DNA of 54,853 bases from contig NC_057718.1 of assembly GCF_004010195.1 (NCBI RefSeq), positions 90,346,933-90,401,785 on the forward strand, given 5' to 3'. How positions within the stretch are numbered: position 1 is the first letter of the stretch; every line of letters starts with the position of its first letter. A program made the position numbers and the translations under genes. Under the pieces are notes generated by a model that made no database searches, was not told where the DNA came from, and worked only from the letters and a program-made list of their open reading frames with translations. Below are positions 36,865 to 48,130 of this stretch, in pieces. The stretch is from Chiloscyllium plagiosum. Lineage: Eukaryota.

Positions 36865-37245
36865 AGACTGAGAGGTGACTTGATAGAGGTGTACAAGATA
36901 ATGAGGGGCAAAGATAGAGTGAATGGTCAGAGACCTTTTCCCAGGGCAGAAATGGCTATCATGAGGGGGCATTATTTTAAGGTGATTGGAGGAAGCTTTA
37001 GTTAAAAAAAATGTCAGAGATGGGTTCTTTCCACAGAGAGTGGTGGGTGCGTGGAATGCACTGCCAGTGGTGGTAGTAGAGTCAGATACACCAGGGACAT
37101 TTAAGCAACTCTTGGAGAGGCACATGGATGGTAGTAAATTGAAGGGTATGTCAGTTAGTTCGATCTTAGAGTAGGATAAAGAGTCGGCACAAGGTCAAAG
37201 GCCGAAAGGCCTGTATTGTGCTGTACTGTTCTATGTTCTATATAT
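36865..37245 (+). mobile_element. CR1 3' fragment
   Basis: FFPQRVVGAWNALP; tatgttcta tail. Confidence 0.9.
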
Positions 37246-37523
37246 CCCGATCTAACACAACTTGTGAAATAAATTAATGATTAGGAAAATGACACAGTGA
37301 AATGCAAAAAGACATTAACTTGGAAACAAAGGCACATTTCAAGGAAATAGATTAAATAAAGACTAACCATGTGGAATAATGGTAATGGCAATAATGTAGA
37401 ACAAAGTCTACCTGTGTATTGGGAAGAGTTCATTATTACTTCAGTTATATCATTACATTTCACATATTTTCACTATTATTAAGAAAACTGCAATTCTAAG
37501 GAAGTAGGTTTCAGTACAATACA

Positions 37524-37728
37524 GAGCTGAAAATGTGTTGCTGGAAAAGCGCAGCAGGTCAGGCAGCATCCAAGGAGCAGGAGAATCGACGTTTCGGGCA
37601 TGAGCCCTTCTTCAGAGCTCCTGAAACGTCGATTCTCCTGCTCCTTGGATGCTGCCTGACCTGCTGCGCTTTTCCAGCAACACATTTTCAGCTCTGATCT
37701 CCAGCATCTGCAGACCTCACTTTCTCCC
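37524..37728. mobile_element. Fold-back Penelope-derived insertion with intact hammerhead core and 13-bp TSD
   Basis: near-perfect inverted arms 37522-37594 and 37623-37695; TSD tcagtacaataca at 37511-37523 and 37729-37741. Confidence 0.9.
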
Positions 37729-38124
37729 TCAGTACAATACATTAAATCAAATAATTTCCACTTTCCAGATCAGTGATCAAAGCAAGCCTGTATTATGAAA
37801 GTGAAAATGTTGGGCTGTTTATTGGCTACAAAAACACGCAATGTTTGTTTTAGGTGGAGGTGACAGGGTACAGTTATTGGATAAGATCAAGCCTGCCCAA
37901 CATGGAAGCAGGTGTCAGGAGGAAACTGGTCAAACTGATGCTCTATCAGATGGCTCATTAGTTAAAGTAATCTAGCAGAAGGTTTGTTTTTAACAATCAC
38001 TGACAGCTAAAGCCTTTTCTTTACAGTTTAAAGAGCAGAAGACTGAAATAATCTCACATCATGGCAGTTAAGCAGTTGTTATCCACCCTTCAAAGGTGCT
38101 TACATCGATTCAAACAATGCACCA

Positions 38125-38618
38125 CAGACCTAAATGAGGGCATAGAAGGATCGGTTAGTAAATTTGCAGATGACGCTAAGGTCGGTGGAGTTATGGACAG
38201 TGCGGAAGGAGGTTGCAGGTTACAGAGGGACATAGATAAGCTGCAGAGCTGGGCTGAGAAGTAGCAAATGGAGTTTAATGCAGAAAAGTGTGAGGTGATT
38301 CACTTTGGAAGAAACAAAAGGAATACAGAGTACTGGGCTAATGGTAAGATTCTTGGAAGTGTAGATGAGCAGAGAGATCTCGGTGTCCATGTACATAGAT
38401 CCCTCAAAATTGCAATCCCAGGTCGATAGGGTTATTAAGAAGGCATACAGTGTGTTAGCTTTTATTGATTGAGGGATTGAGTTTCTGAGCCACAAGGTCA
38501 TGCTGCACCTGTACAAAACTCTGGTGCGGCCGCACTTGGAGTATTGCGTACATTTCTTGTCACTGCATTATAGAAAGGATGTAGAAGCATTGGAAAGGGT
38601 GCAGAGGAGATTTACTAG
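38125..38618 (+). mobile_element. CR1 RT fragment
   Basis: SKFADDAKVGG...LQRDIDKLQSWAEK. Confidence 0.93.
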
Positions 38619-38925
38619 TGTTATAAAGATGTGGATGTACTGTACCTTTAAGAGAGCTAAAAGCTAGCAGAACTACCTGACAGCATCAAATGTTCTGAAC
38701 AAGGTACAATGTAACCTTCTGGTCCAGCAGCTAGTGTCGCTGGTTGCCTGGAGAGAGAAACAAATTTGAATTAGACCAATCAGTTTAAATTATACCCCCC
38801 CAAAATACCAAACTTCAATCAGGTTTGAAGTGAGTATATTGACAATACTAAAAGCCAATGACACAACCCGATGCTTTGGGGGTATAATTCCGGGGGAAAT
38901 TGAACAGTTGGGAGGAGAACAGACT
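38619..38925 (+). repeat. Partial LTR related to the gypsy 5' LTR
   Basis: tgttataaagatgtggatgtactgtacctttaagagag matches the LTR start tgttatgaagatgtggatatattgtacctttaagagag; similarity lasts about 300 bp. Confidence 0.85.
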
Positions 38926-39240
38926 CAATCAAGTTTCCCCGTGCAAAAAGCCATGTTGACTATCCCTAATCCCTCTCCAGCATCTGCAGTCCTCACTTTA
39001 TCCCTAATCAGTCCTTGCCTTTCCAAACACATGTACATCCTGTCCCTCAGGATTCCCCCAACAACTTGCCCACCATCAACATCAGGCTCACTGGTCTATA
39101 GTTCCTTGGCTTGCCTTTACCATCCTTCTTAAACAGTGGCACCAGGTTTGCCAACCTCCAGTCTTCCAGCACCTCACCTGTGACTATCGATGATACAAAT
39201 ATCTCAGTTCTGGCCTCTTGCATCTCCTTGGTGTTCATCA
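38926..39240 (-). mobile_element. CR1 RT N-terminal fragment
   Basis: EVLEDWRLANLVPLFKKDGKGKPRNYRPVSL. Confidence 0.9.
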
Positions 39241-39449
39241 TGTCACTGTTAGTGACTGTAAGCCTGGGAACTCCCTCCTAATGTTATTCTAGCATGTTCA
39301 CCAGCTCTGGCCCACCCCTGCCCTATTACCTCTCATATTTGGTTTGATTATGTTCCAGTGATGTCCCTTGGGGAGCACTCAAGCTGCTATATAAAAGCAA
39401 GCTGCTGCTGTTGTTGTTGTTTCATTTGTTGTTACCTGGATTTCATTTG

Positions 39450-39842
39450 TCATTGAATCATACAGCATGGAAGCAGACCCTTTGATCCAACTCATCCATG
39501 CTGACCACCTGTCCCGAACTAAACTTATCCCATTTACCTGCGATTGGCCCTCCAAACCCTTCCCATACATGGATCTGGCCAAGTGTATTTTAAATGTTGC
39601 AACAGTATCCACATCTACCACTTCCTTTGGCAGCCCATTCCACACACGCACCACCCTCTGTGTGAAAAGGTTGCCCCTCAGGTACCTTTTATATCTTTCC
39701 CCTCTCACCTTAAACCCATGCCATCTCGTTTTGGACTCCCCTACCCCAGGGAAAAGACCTTGGCTATTCACCTTCTCTACACCCCTCATGATTTTATAAA
39801 CCTCTTCAAGATCACCCCTCAGCCTTCTGCGTTCCAGGGAAA
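39450..39842 (-). mobile_element. CR1 3' fragment
   Basis: SLERRRLRGDLEEVYKIMRG...FTQRVVRVWNGLP. Confidence 0.93.
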
Positions 39843-39855
39843 ATGTAATTGGTAC

Positions 39856-39995
39856 CTTTGCCCAATTCATTGTTTCAGTGAATGCAACATTTCCAAAGGT
39901 ATACAACATGTCTCTGCTGTTGTGTAATGGTTCTGAAATAGTTAATGCTCTTGTTACATTGGCTCCTCCATTCCATTCATATGGCACACAGTCAA
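39856..39995 (-). CDS. Candidate coding exon (DCVPYEWNGGANVTRALTISEPLHNSRDMLYTFGNVAFTETMNWAK)
   Basis: acceptor ttctctgtctgcaccag (alternative gives start 40023), donor AAG|gtacca, open frame, non-repeat sequence. Confidence 0.22.
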
Positions 39996-40896
39996 CTGGT
40001 GCAGACAGAGAATTCTCCTTGAGCTTTCAGAGGAAGCAGACATCCCTATATCACTTTCCTAAGACCTTAGTCTTATGGGGAGATGATGGTGTAATAATAT
40101 TACAGCTAGCTTGTTAATACAGTGACCAGGAGACCCAGGTTCAAATCCTGCCATAGAGGAATTGGAATTCAATTTTTAAAAAATCTGAAATTAGAATCTA
40201 ATGATGACCATGAAACCATTGCTGGGGAAAACCCATCTGGTTCACTAATGGAAGGAAACTGTCATCCTTACCTGGTCTGGCCTACAGGAAGAATGGGTTT
40301 TGTGGCATGTTGGTAATGTCCCAGCTTCTAATCCAGAAGGCTTGGTTTCATGGCCTACCTGCTTCAGCCGTGTGTCTGACGAGGGTGATTTTTAAAAGAA
40401 TAACACACTCTGAGGAACGCCTGGATCTGAGGCTACAGCCAACTTTCATTGTACGAGGTATCACTCCAACAACAGAGAGCATTTTTCCACCTTGCGTCCC
40501 ATTAACTTAAATCCTGTAGGGCTCTTTGCTGCCACATTTGGCCAAATTTGCCTTAATGTCAAGGGCTATCACTCTCACCTCTCTCTTGGACTTTGGTCCC
40601 TTTTCCTGGGCTGAGGGGGTCAGGAGGTCAGGAGATCAAGAGCCTGAGTATCAGGGAGCAGGATATTAATACGTGCTGCATTATAATGCTGCCGATGACA
40701 CCTTTGTTGATAGGGTGTGCACAGACTGATGAGGCAGTAAGTGCTCAAATTAGATTAGTCCCGGTTGTAATTGTGAATGAGATGTACCTGGGCAATCTTA
40801 CACTTTCTCATGCAGCTGTAGCTGGGCTGATTGAAATATTTGTGTGGTATCCTTCCCTGAACCCTTACAGTTTGGAGGACAGGAAAAATATCTGGC

Positions 40897-42533
40897 TGTA
40901 ACATGCTGCTCCTTTTTTGAGGTATTTTAGGTGTTGGAGGGGATTTCCTTGAATTCCAGGAGCATCAATTATTGTTTTATATGCTGTTGCATTGTTTTGG
41001 AACTTTGGGAAAACAAAAGTCAAGACAACAGCACTTTTAAAAGGGAGAGGTACAGACAAAGGAAGAACATGGTGAGGTCAGTGCAGGAGAGAGAGAGAGA
41101 GAGAGAGTGAAAGAAACCCACATTGCTAACTGACAGAGCAGTGAACCTGCGCAGTTACTGCCTTTGCTGTTTTGAATTCATCTATCACTGAACATCGGAG
41201 CGTGTCTGGGAAAAGTAACAAACAGTGAAATTCACTAGTGATCTTGGAGGAACCTGTTTGGGAGAGGTCACAGCACAGAAACAGATAAGTGAATAGTTTA
41301 AGTGTGACCTTATAGTAAGTCTGCAGTAATGAGTAGAATGGGTCCTTTCTTGATTATAAGTTTTATTGAGATATGTCTCTTGATTAAACTTAAAATATAA
41401 GCCATAATTATTAAGTTAGCCTGGAGCAGTGTTTTGCAGAGGAATAAGACAGTGCTATTTCCTGTAGATTGAAAGAAGCAAAAATGGCCTTGAATAGACT
41501 GATATGCTCTTTTTGTCGGATATGGGAGTTTAAAGAGAGTTTATGTATTACTGAGGATTATATCTGCAATAAATGCCGTTGGCTGCAAATCCTATCAGAG
41601 TGAATGGATCGGTTGGAGAGACAGTTAGAGGCAATGAGGAATTTACAAGAGCAAGGAGATGTGATGGATGGCAGTTATAGGAAGGGGGGAGAAGTCTCAG
41701 ATACAGTCACATAGATGAGTTAACTCCAGGAAAGGTAAGAGAAGTAGGCAGGTAGTGCAGGAGTCTTCTGTGGTTATCCCCATTTCAAACAAGTATGCTG
41801 TTTTGGAAAATGTAGGGGATGATGGATTCTCAGGGGAATGTTGCACGAACAGCCAGGTTTCTGGTATCAAGACTGACTCTAATTCAATGAGGGGTCCGTC
41901 GGGTTCCAAGAGATCAATTGTGTTAGAGGAGGCACAGACAGACGTTTCAGTGGCCAGCAGTGAAAAATCAAAGTAGTGTGTTGCCTCCCTGGATCAAGGA
42001 TGTCTCAGAGAGGGTGCAGAATGTTCTCACGGGGGAGAGGGGCCAGCAGGAGGTTATTATACATATTGGAACCAACGACATAGGAAGGGAAAAGGTTGAG
42101 ATTCTGAAAGCAGATTACAGAGAGTTAGGCAAGGATTTAAAAAGGAGGTCCTTGAAAGAAGTAATATCTGGATTACTCCCGGTGCTCCGAGCTAGTGAGG
42201 GCAGGAATAGGAGGACAGAGCAGACGAATGCATGGCTGAGGAGCTGGTGTATGGGAGAAGGATTCACATTTTTGGATCATTGGAATCTCTTCAGGGGTAG
42301 AATCGACCTTTACAAGAATGACGGATTGCACCTGAATTGGAAGGGGACTAACATACTGGCAGGGAAATTTGCTAGAGCTGCTCGGGAGGATTTAAATTGT
42401 AAGGTGGGTGGGTGGGACCCAGGGAGATAGTGAGGAAAGAGATCAGGGCATGGTTAGGAACATGGGATTGGGATATCAAAGCAATTACAGAAATGAAGGG
42501 TCTGTTTCCGTGCTATACATCTCTATGACTCTA
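40897..42533 (+). mobile_element. CR1-type element: long 5' region, degenerate ORF1 (zinc finger plus SGNH esterase), then a 3' tail with no ORF2
   Basis: ICSFCRIWEF..YICNKCRW from 41484; IIHIGTNDI and DGLHLN esterase blocks; CR1 tail gaagggtctgtttccgtgctatacatctctatgactct at 42495-42531. Confidence 0.85.
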
Positions 42534-42876
42534 TTTTATTCTCAATCGACCTGGGCACATCAGAAGTAATTCCATATCTGAATTTTAGAATGACATTTTA
42601 AACAAATGGCATTACTGCAACATGACACGGCTAACAGTGAAATACAAATATCTCCAACAGCTGACCATGAATTATTCAAGCAGTCCGCTTATGTGCTAAT
42701 ATTTTTTGAAGCCCACTTCTGGATGTGACATGTCTTCTCTTCACAGCACAGCATGATCGTTTTCAAATTGAGCTTTAATTCCGTTTGGAAACTCGTTTCA
42801 ACGGGAGCCATTTATCTCAGTGACATGAATCAGCTGTCTGTCGGTTCTGGCGAAGTTACTCTTTCTCCCAATGGAA

Positions 42877-44647
42877 GTGGGAGAGAATGTGCGGAGGATT
42901 CCAGAAATCTAAGATAGCGAGAAAGGAGGACTATCCTCACCATCCCCCATTCGATCTCATTTCGCCATCGCAACCAAGATTCCCTGGCGTCACCCAGGCT
43001 CCCTCAACAGCAATGCTTTCCCAGACAACTCACCACAAAGTTTCCCACAGCGATCATTCCCTCCGTTAGCAGGGTAAAGTGAAGTGCGAGCCAATATGGC
43101 TGTGATCCTGTTCTGATCTTACCCCTCACTCCCAATCTCCCAAAACCACCACAAAGGCCGAAGATCTCATAGTGGCCTTCTATCTCTATCGGCTGCATTT
43201 TTCTTTATTCATTCACAGAGGGATACAGCAAGGAAACAGACCCTTCGGTCCAACTTATCCATGCTGGCCATGTTCCCAAACTAAACTAGTCCTACCTGCC
43301 TGCATTTGGCCCATATCCCTCCAACCTTTCCTATGCATGTACTTATCCAAATGCCTTTTACACGGTGTAACTGTACCTGCATCCACCAATTCCTCATTTC
43401 ACACACGAACCATCTCTGTTTAAAAAAGTTGCCTCCATATCATTTTTAAAACTTTCTCCTCTCACCTTAAAAATATGACCCCTTAGTTTTGAACTCCTTC
43501 ACCCTAGGGAAAAGGTCGTTGCTATTCACTTTATCTATGCGCCTCATGATTTTATAAACTCCAAAAGGTCACCCCTCAATGCCCTACGCACCAGTGAGAA
43601 AAGTCCTAGCCTATCCAGCCTCTCCTTATAACTCAAACCCTCCAGTCCTGGCAACATCCTGGCAAATCTTTTTGGAATCCTCTCCAATTTATTAATATCC
43701 TTCCTATAACAGGGGGAGCAAAACTGTACACAGTACTCCAGAAAACGTACTCACCAACGTTCTGTGTAATCTCAACATCACATTCCAACTCCTATACTTA
43801 AAGATCTGAGCAATGAAAGCAAGCATGCTGAATGCTTTCTTAACCACCCTGTCTACCTGAGACAGATTTACCTGAATATATCTGTTCCCAGTTGCAATAT
43901 GAGTGCATTGCCAGCTATTTATTGCACATCCCTAATTGCCCTGAGGGCAGTGAAGAGTGAATCACATCGCTGTAGGTCTGGAATCATATGTAAGCCAGAC
44001 GCAGGTAAGGATGGCAGTTTCCTTCCCTAAGGGACAGTAGTGAACCAGATGGGGCTTTCTCAACAATCGACAATAGATTCATAGACATCATTAGACTCCT
44101 AATCCAAGGGTTTTATTGAATTTGAATTCTACCATGCGCCATGAACCCTGGTCCATGGAACATTGCCTGGGTCTCTCGATTAACAGTCCAGTGATAATAC
44201 CACCAGGTCGTCACTTCCTCATGTGGCTATTGAAGACCCAAGCTTATAAGCCAAGGCCCACAGTGGAGTTTCTCTTTTAATCTTTATGCAGCTTCTGTCG
44301 CTTCAATTTTCCTCAATAGATCTCCCACTCCTGAATCTGTTTTCCAGGTTGTCACGAGACTGGGATTCTCCACCTTCGCTTTGCTGGGCACCTGTAGGAA
44401 TCTCGCTGCTAGCTTATCATGCACTCTGACCTAACCATGACCCCACCAAAATGGGACAGGGCCTGACTGGATATAAGCTGATGGGTGGAAGAGAATGTGC
44501 GGAGGATTTCAGAAATCTGAGATACCGAGAAAGGAGGATTATCCTCATCATCCCTCCCTCGATCTCATTTCGCCATCCAACCAAGATTTCCTGGCGCTAC
44601 CCAGGCTCCCTCAACTGCAATGCTTTCCCAGTCAACTCACCACAAAG
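42877..44647. repeat. Diverged direct repeat of about 165 bp (42877-43040 and 44485-44647), family unknown
   Basis: gagaatgtgcggaggatt...caactcaccacaaag occurs in both copies. Confidence 0.9.
43215..43862 (-). mobile_element. CR1 3' fragment
   Basis: ccttcggtccaac tail, ctggcaacatcctgg, actgtacacagtactcc. Confidence 0.9.
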
Positions 44648-45102
44648 AAAAGATTCACCTCACAATCTGCGCCCTGGAAATCCTGAAAATGTCAATTCAA
44701 ATTTATCCATGCAGATGGTCAAATATAATTTTCTTCATTAGTTTCTCATATGTATTATAATCCCAGCTGACTGGAATACAGGACACCTCAGATCCTAGAG
44801 TGAGATCTGGCTTCATAGATCATCACTATTTCCTTGATTGAATGCCAGCCTCTGAATGTATTCACAAGCAGCTGCCAATTTACTTGTAAGAAAAGAGCGT
44901 AAGAGGAAAGAAAACACAAACTATATTACACTAGACAAGAACAATTTGAAATAGTCTGATATCAGGAAGAAAAATTCAATCCTTCTTCCCCAATAACAAC
45001 CTTACAAACACACAGACTTTAGAGAAAGGTCACCCTTGTAATCTGACAGCAACATTTTGTTCAGCTAGCACTGTTGTAATTGTTTGCTTTACTTTGAATG
45101 TT

Positions 45103-45650
45103 TGTGGAGAAAGTGAGGACTGAAGATGCTGGAGAGTCAGAATCGAAATGTGTGGTGCTGGAAAAGCACAGCAGGTCAGGCAGCGTCCGAGGAGCAGGGA
45201 GTCGACATAGGTGGATGCAGGTGGGGAATAATGATGATAGGTTGGAGAAGAGGGTGGAGCGGTGAGGTGGAAAGGAAGATGAACAGGTAGGACAGTTCAA
45301 GAGGGCATGGCCGAATTGGAGGGTTGGATCTGGGATGAGATGGGGGGAGGGGAGATGAGGCAACTGGTGAAATCACATTGATGCCGTGGAGTGGGACAGT
45401 CCCAAAGCAGAAGATGAGGCCTTCTTCCTCCAGGCATCGGGTGGCTCAGATATGGCAGCAGAGGAGGCCCAGGAATTGCATGTCCTTGGCGGAGTGGGAG
45501 GGGGAGTTGAAGTAGTCAGCCACAGGGCGGTGGGGTTGTTTGGTGCATGTGTGCCAGAGATGTTCTCTGAAACATGCTGCAAGTTGGCGTCCTGTCTCCC
45601 CAATGTAAAGGAGACCACACTGAGAGCAATGGAATGTTTGCATTCAGTCG
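45103..45650 (-). mobile_element. Penelope-like GIY-YIG remnant with terminal repeat
   Basis: HCSQCGLLYIGETGRQLAACFREHL...PVADYFNSPSHS, ending in the same gatgctg..ctcactttctcc repeat as the fold-back elements. Confidence 0.9.
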
Positions 45651-46004
45651 ATCCTATTTTCCACAGTTCTAAGACTGTTAAACTGTCTGCTAACTTAGCT
45701 CATTTAATACTTAACATAGGTAAGTATTCAAAAGCTCACTCTGACAGATCCACAGCTTCCGATTTCTGGCTTCCTTCTGGGCTCCATTCTCTCTCTCTCT
45801 CTCTCTGGCTCAAGTCGGTAAACAACCAAATAATTCTCCCCCCAGATGGTTTGCTGTTTATTTACCTGGTCATGTGATTTTTCCACCCACCACCTCATAT
45901 GGAAAAGTTGGAGGGGTGTGGTGTTTAACTTGTTGCAAGAGCTGAAATTCACTTTTCTTCCACTTTACAACTCAAGTTCACAAAATAGCAGCAACATATT
46001 GGAG

Positions 46005-46275
46005 TGGTGTGTTTCCTCAGTGGTCAGCACTGCTACCTCACAGCGTCAGGGACCTGGGTTTGATTCCAGGCTCAACTGACTGTCTGTGTGGAGTTTACAC
46101 ATTCTCCCCGTGTCTGCATGGGTTTCTACCAGGTGCTCCAGTTTCCTCCCGCAGTCCAAAGATGTGCAGGTTAGATGGATTGGCCATAAGGGTAGGGGGA
46201 GCTAAGTCTTTGAAGAGTTGGTGTGAACTTGATGGGCTGAATAGCCTGTTTCCACACTGTTGGGATTCTGTGAAC
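46005..46275 (+). mobile_element. HE1-like V-SINE
   Basis: cagtggtcagcactgctacctcacagc... Confidence 0.88.
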
Positions 46276-47133
46276 CTTCATAGTAACATTCAAACATTTC
46301 CTCTTTTATTATTTGTCTCTCTGCATCATCCATGGAGACATTTTGATTTCTTTTATCTGTTGGTTTTATTTAGCTGCCATCTTTCTATGTTACTAAAGGG
46401 TAGGAGCTGAAATGGTTCTGCTTTCTCTCTAGGTTCAGCCCATCTAAAGAAGTGATTTTGTGCTGGTTTCTGATATCTCTCCTACATCTGACACCACTTC
46501 CATCATTCTACAACCACCCCCCAGTCCCTGAATAGGCTGTCCCTCCCCCATTGGGAACATAAGCAAAGTGGCCATTCCATTAGAAACAGAGGTTGAGGTA
46601 TTTCCTGACAGCAGTCCTGTGTGGTTCAGTTCTTCCTGTACAAATGAGTGAATGTGAATGGCTTCATCTGCCTCAGTCACTTCCCCAGTGAACAGTGAGG
46701 CTGCCTTAACATTCACCCAGTGACATAGGGGGCACTATTTCAGATACCTGAAGGCACCAGGATAGGCTGACATATTAGAATCCCTGAGCTTTAGAACAGT
46801 AAACTGGGACCACAATTTTTTTTTCCTTGCTATCTGCGAGTCTCAATCTGAAATTCAGGATGTGAGAGAATGAAAGCGACAGCTTTGTGTCTATGCTCCT
46901 TGGTATTAGATGTTTGACTGCTGTGCTCTACAGTCCCATGTGTTGGTATCCAGCTCCTATTGCATGAAGCCATGTGCTGGGTAACTACCTTGCGTTGGGC
47001 TGTTCTACTCCCAATGGTGCTATGTCTCAGTGCTATTGCTTCATGCTGTCATGTGGGTGATATCCTGGACTGGCTCCTGCAGCCGTGATGGAACTCTCCT
47101 TACCTGATACTTTGTGCTGACATCCTCTCAAAC

Positions 47134-47370
47134 TTGAATTGAATTGAATTGAATTGAATTGAATTGAATTTATTGTCACGTGTACCGAGGCACAGTGAAA
47201 AGCTTTGTCTTGCGAGCAATACAGGCAGATCACAGAGTTAAGTAGCATGGATAATTAAATAATAGGTAAACAGCAGCAAAAACACAGGTACAGGCGAATG
47301 TTAAGAGTCTGTGAGTTCATTCAGTATTCTAACAACAGTCGGGCAGAATCTGTTTTGAAACAACTTGGTG
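47134..47370 (-). mobile_element. Rex1/Babar-like 3' end with (GAATT)n array
   Basis: tttattgtcacgtgtaccgaggcacagtgaaaagctttgtct is shared with 27219-27260 and 30803-30828. Confidence 0.75.
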
Positions 47371-47427
47371 CTCTACATTGGTGTATGACACACCGGTGTG
47401 TTTAACGTTATTTTCCTATGAGTTGAG

Positions 47428-47565
47428 GTGTTGTGTATATGTCTCTGTATGTTTGCATGTGTATATGTGTCTGTGTTTGTATGTGTGTCTATGTGTGTGT
47501 TTGTATATGTGTGTATGTGTCTCTGTATGAGTGTATGTATGTGTGTGTGTGTATCTGTGTGTATT
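47428..47565. repeat. (TG)-rich microsatellite
   Basis: direct reading of the sequence. Confidence 0.9.
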
Positions 47566-47935
47566 CCTATGCATTTAGCTGTGATGAGATAAGTTGGTAT
47601 CCTGCAAACTGTTGTGGGCCATGAGGTTCTAACCATGAAGCTGTCTAATGATATTCCAAAGCACATGTATTGGCATCTTACCATGTGTTGTTGCCCTATA
47701 CGCCATGGTACTTTGTACTGGTAATCTCACTCCTGGGTGACATGATGGTGTGTTACACTACACGATGTTATATATGCTGGTATACTATACTTACAACCCA
47801 TGTGGTCTGTTGGTATCCTGTTACAGTGCCATGTGGTGCCACTTTTCCAGTTGGTGGTGCTGTGTGTGTTGGTCATCCAATACCTGACAACTACGAACAC
47901 ACTTATTGCAGGCACCTTGTAGAAGACTTTTCTGT

Positions 47936-48130
47936 AATGAGCTGCCAGAGGAAGTGGTGGAGGCTGGTACAATTACCCACATATAAAAGGCACCTGGATG
48001 GGTATATGAATAGGAAGGGTTTAGAGGGATATGGGATAAGTGCTGGCAAATGGGACTAGGTCAGATTCGGATGTCTGGCTGGCATGGACAAGTTGAAACG
48101 GAAAGGTCTCTTTCCATGACTACATGACTG
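47936..48130 (+). mobile_element. CR1 3' tail
   Basis: KRHLDGYMNRKGLEGYG. Confidence 0.88.

Noticed and set aside
39379..39987. 202-aa ORF as a single gene
   Set aside because: It is a read-through of unique sequence into a CR1 3' fragment.
44275..44392. Possible terminal exon VPSKAKVENPSLVTTWK
   Set aside because: Two frames look equally plausible and the pyrimidine tract is weak.
47134..47170. (GAATT)n array as CRISPR or telomere-like repeat
   Set aside because: It has no spacers and is the simple-repeat tail of a Rex1-like LINE; the context is eukaryotic.
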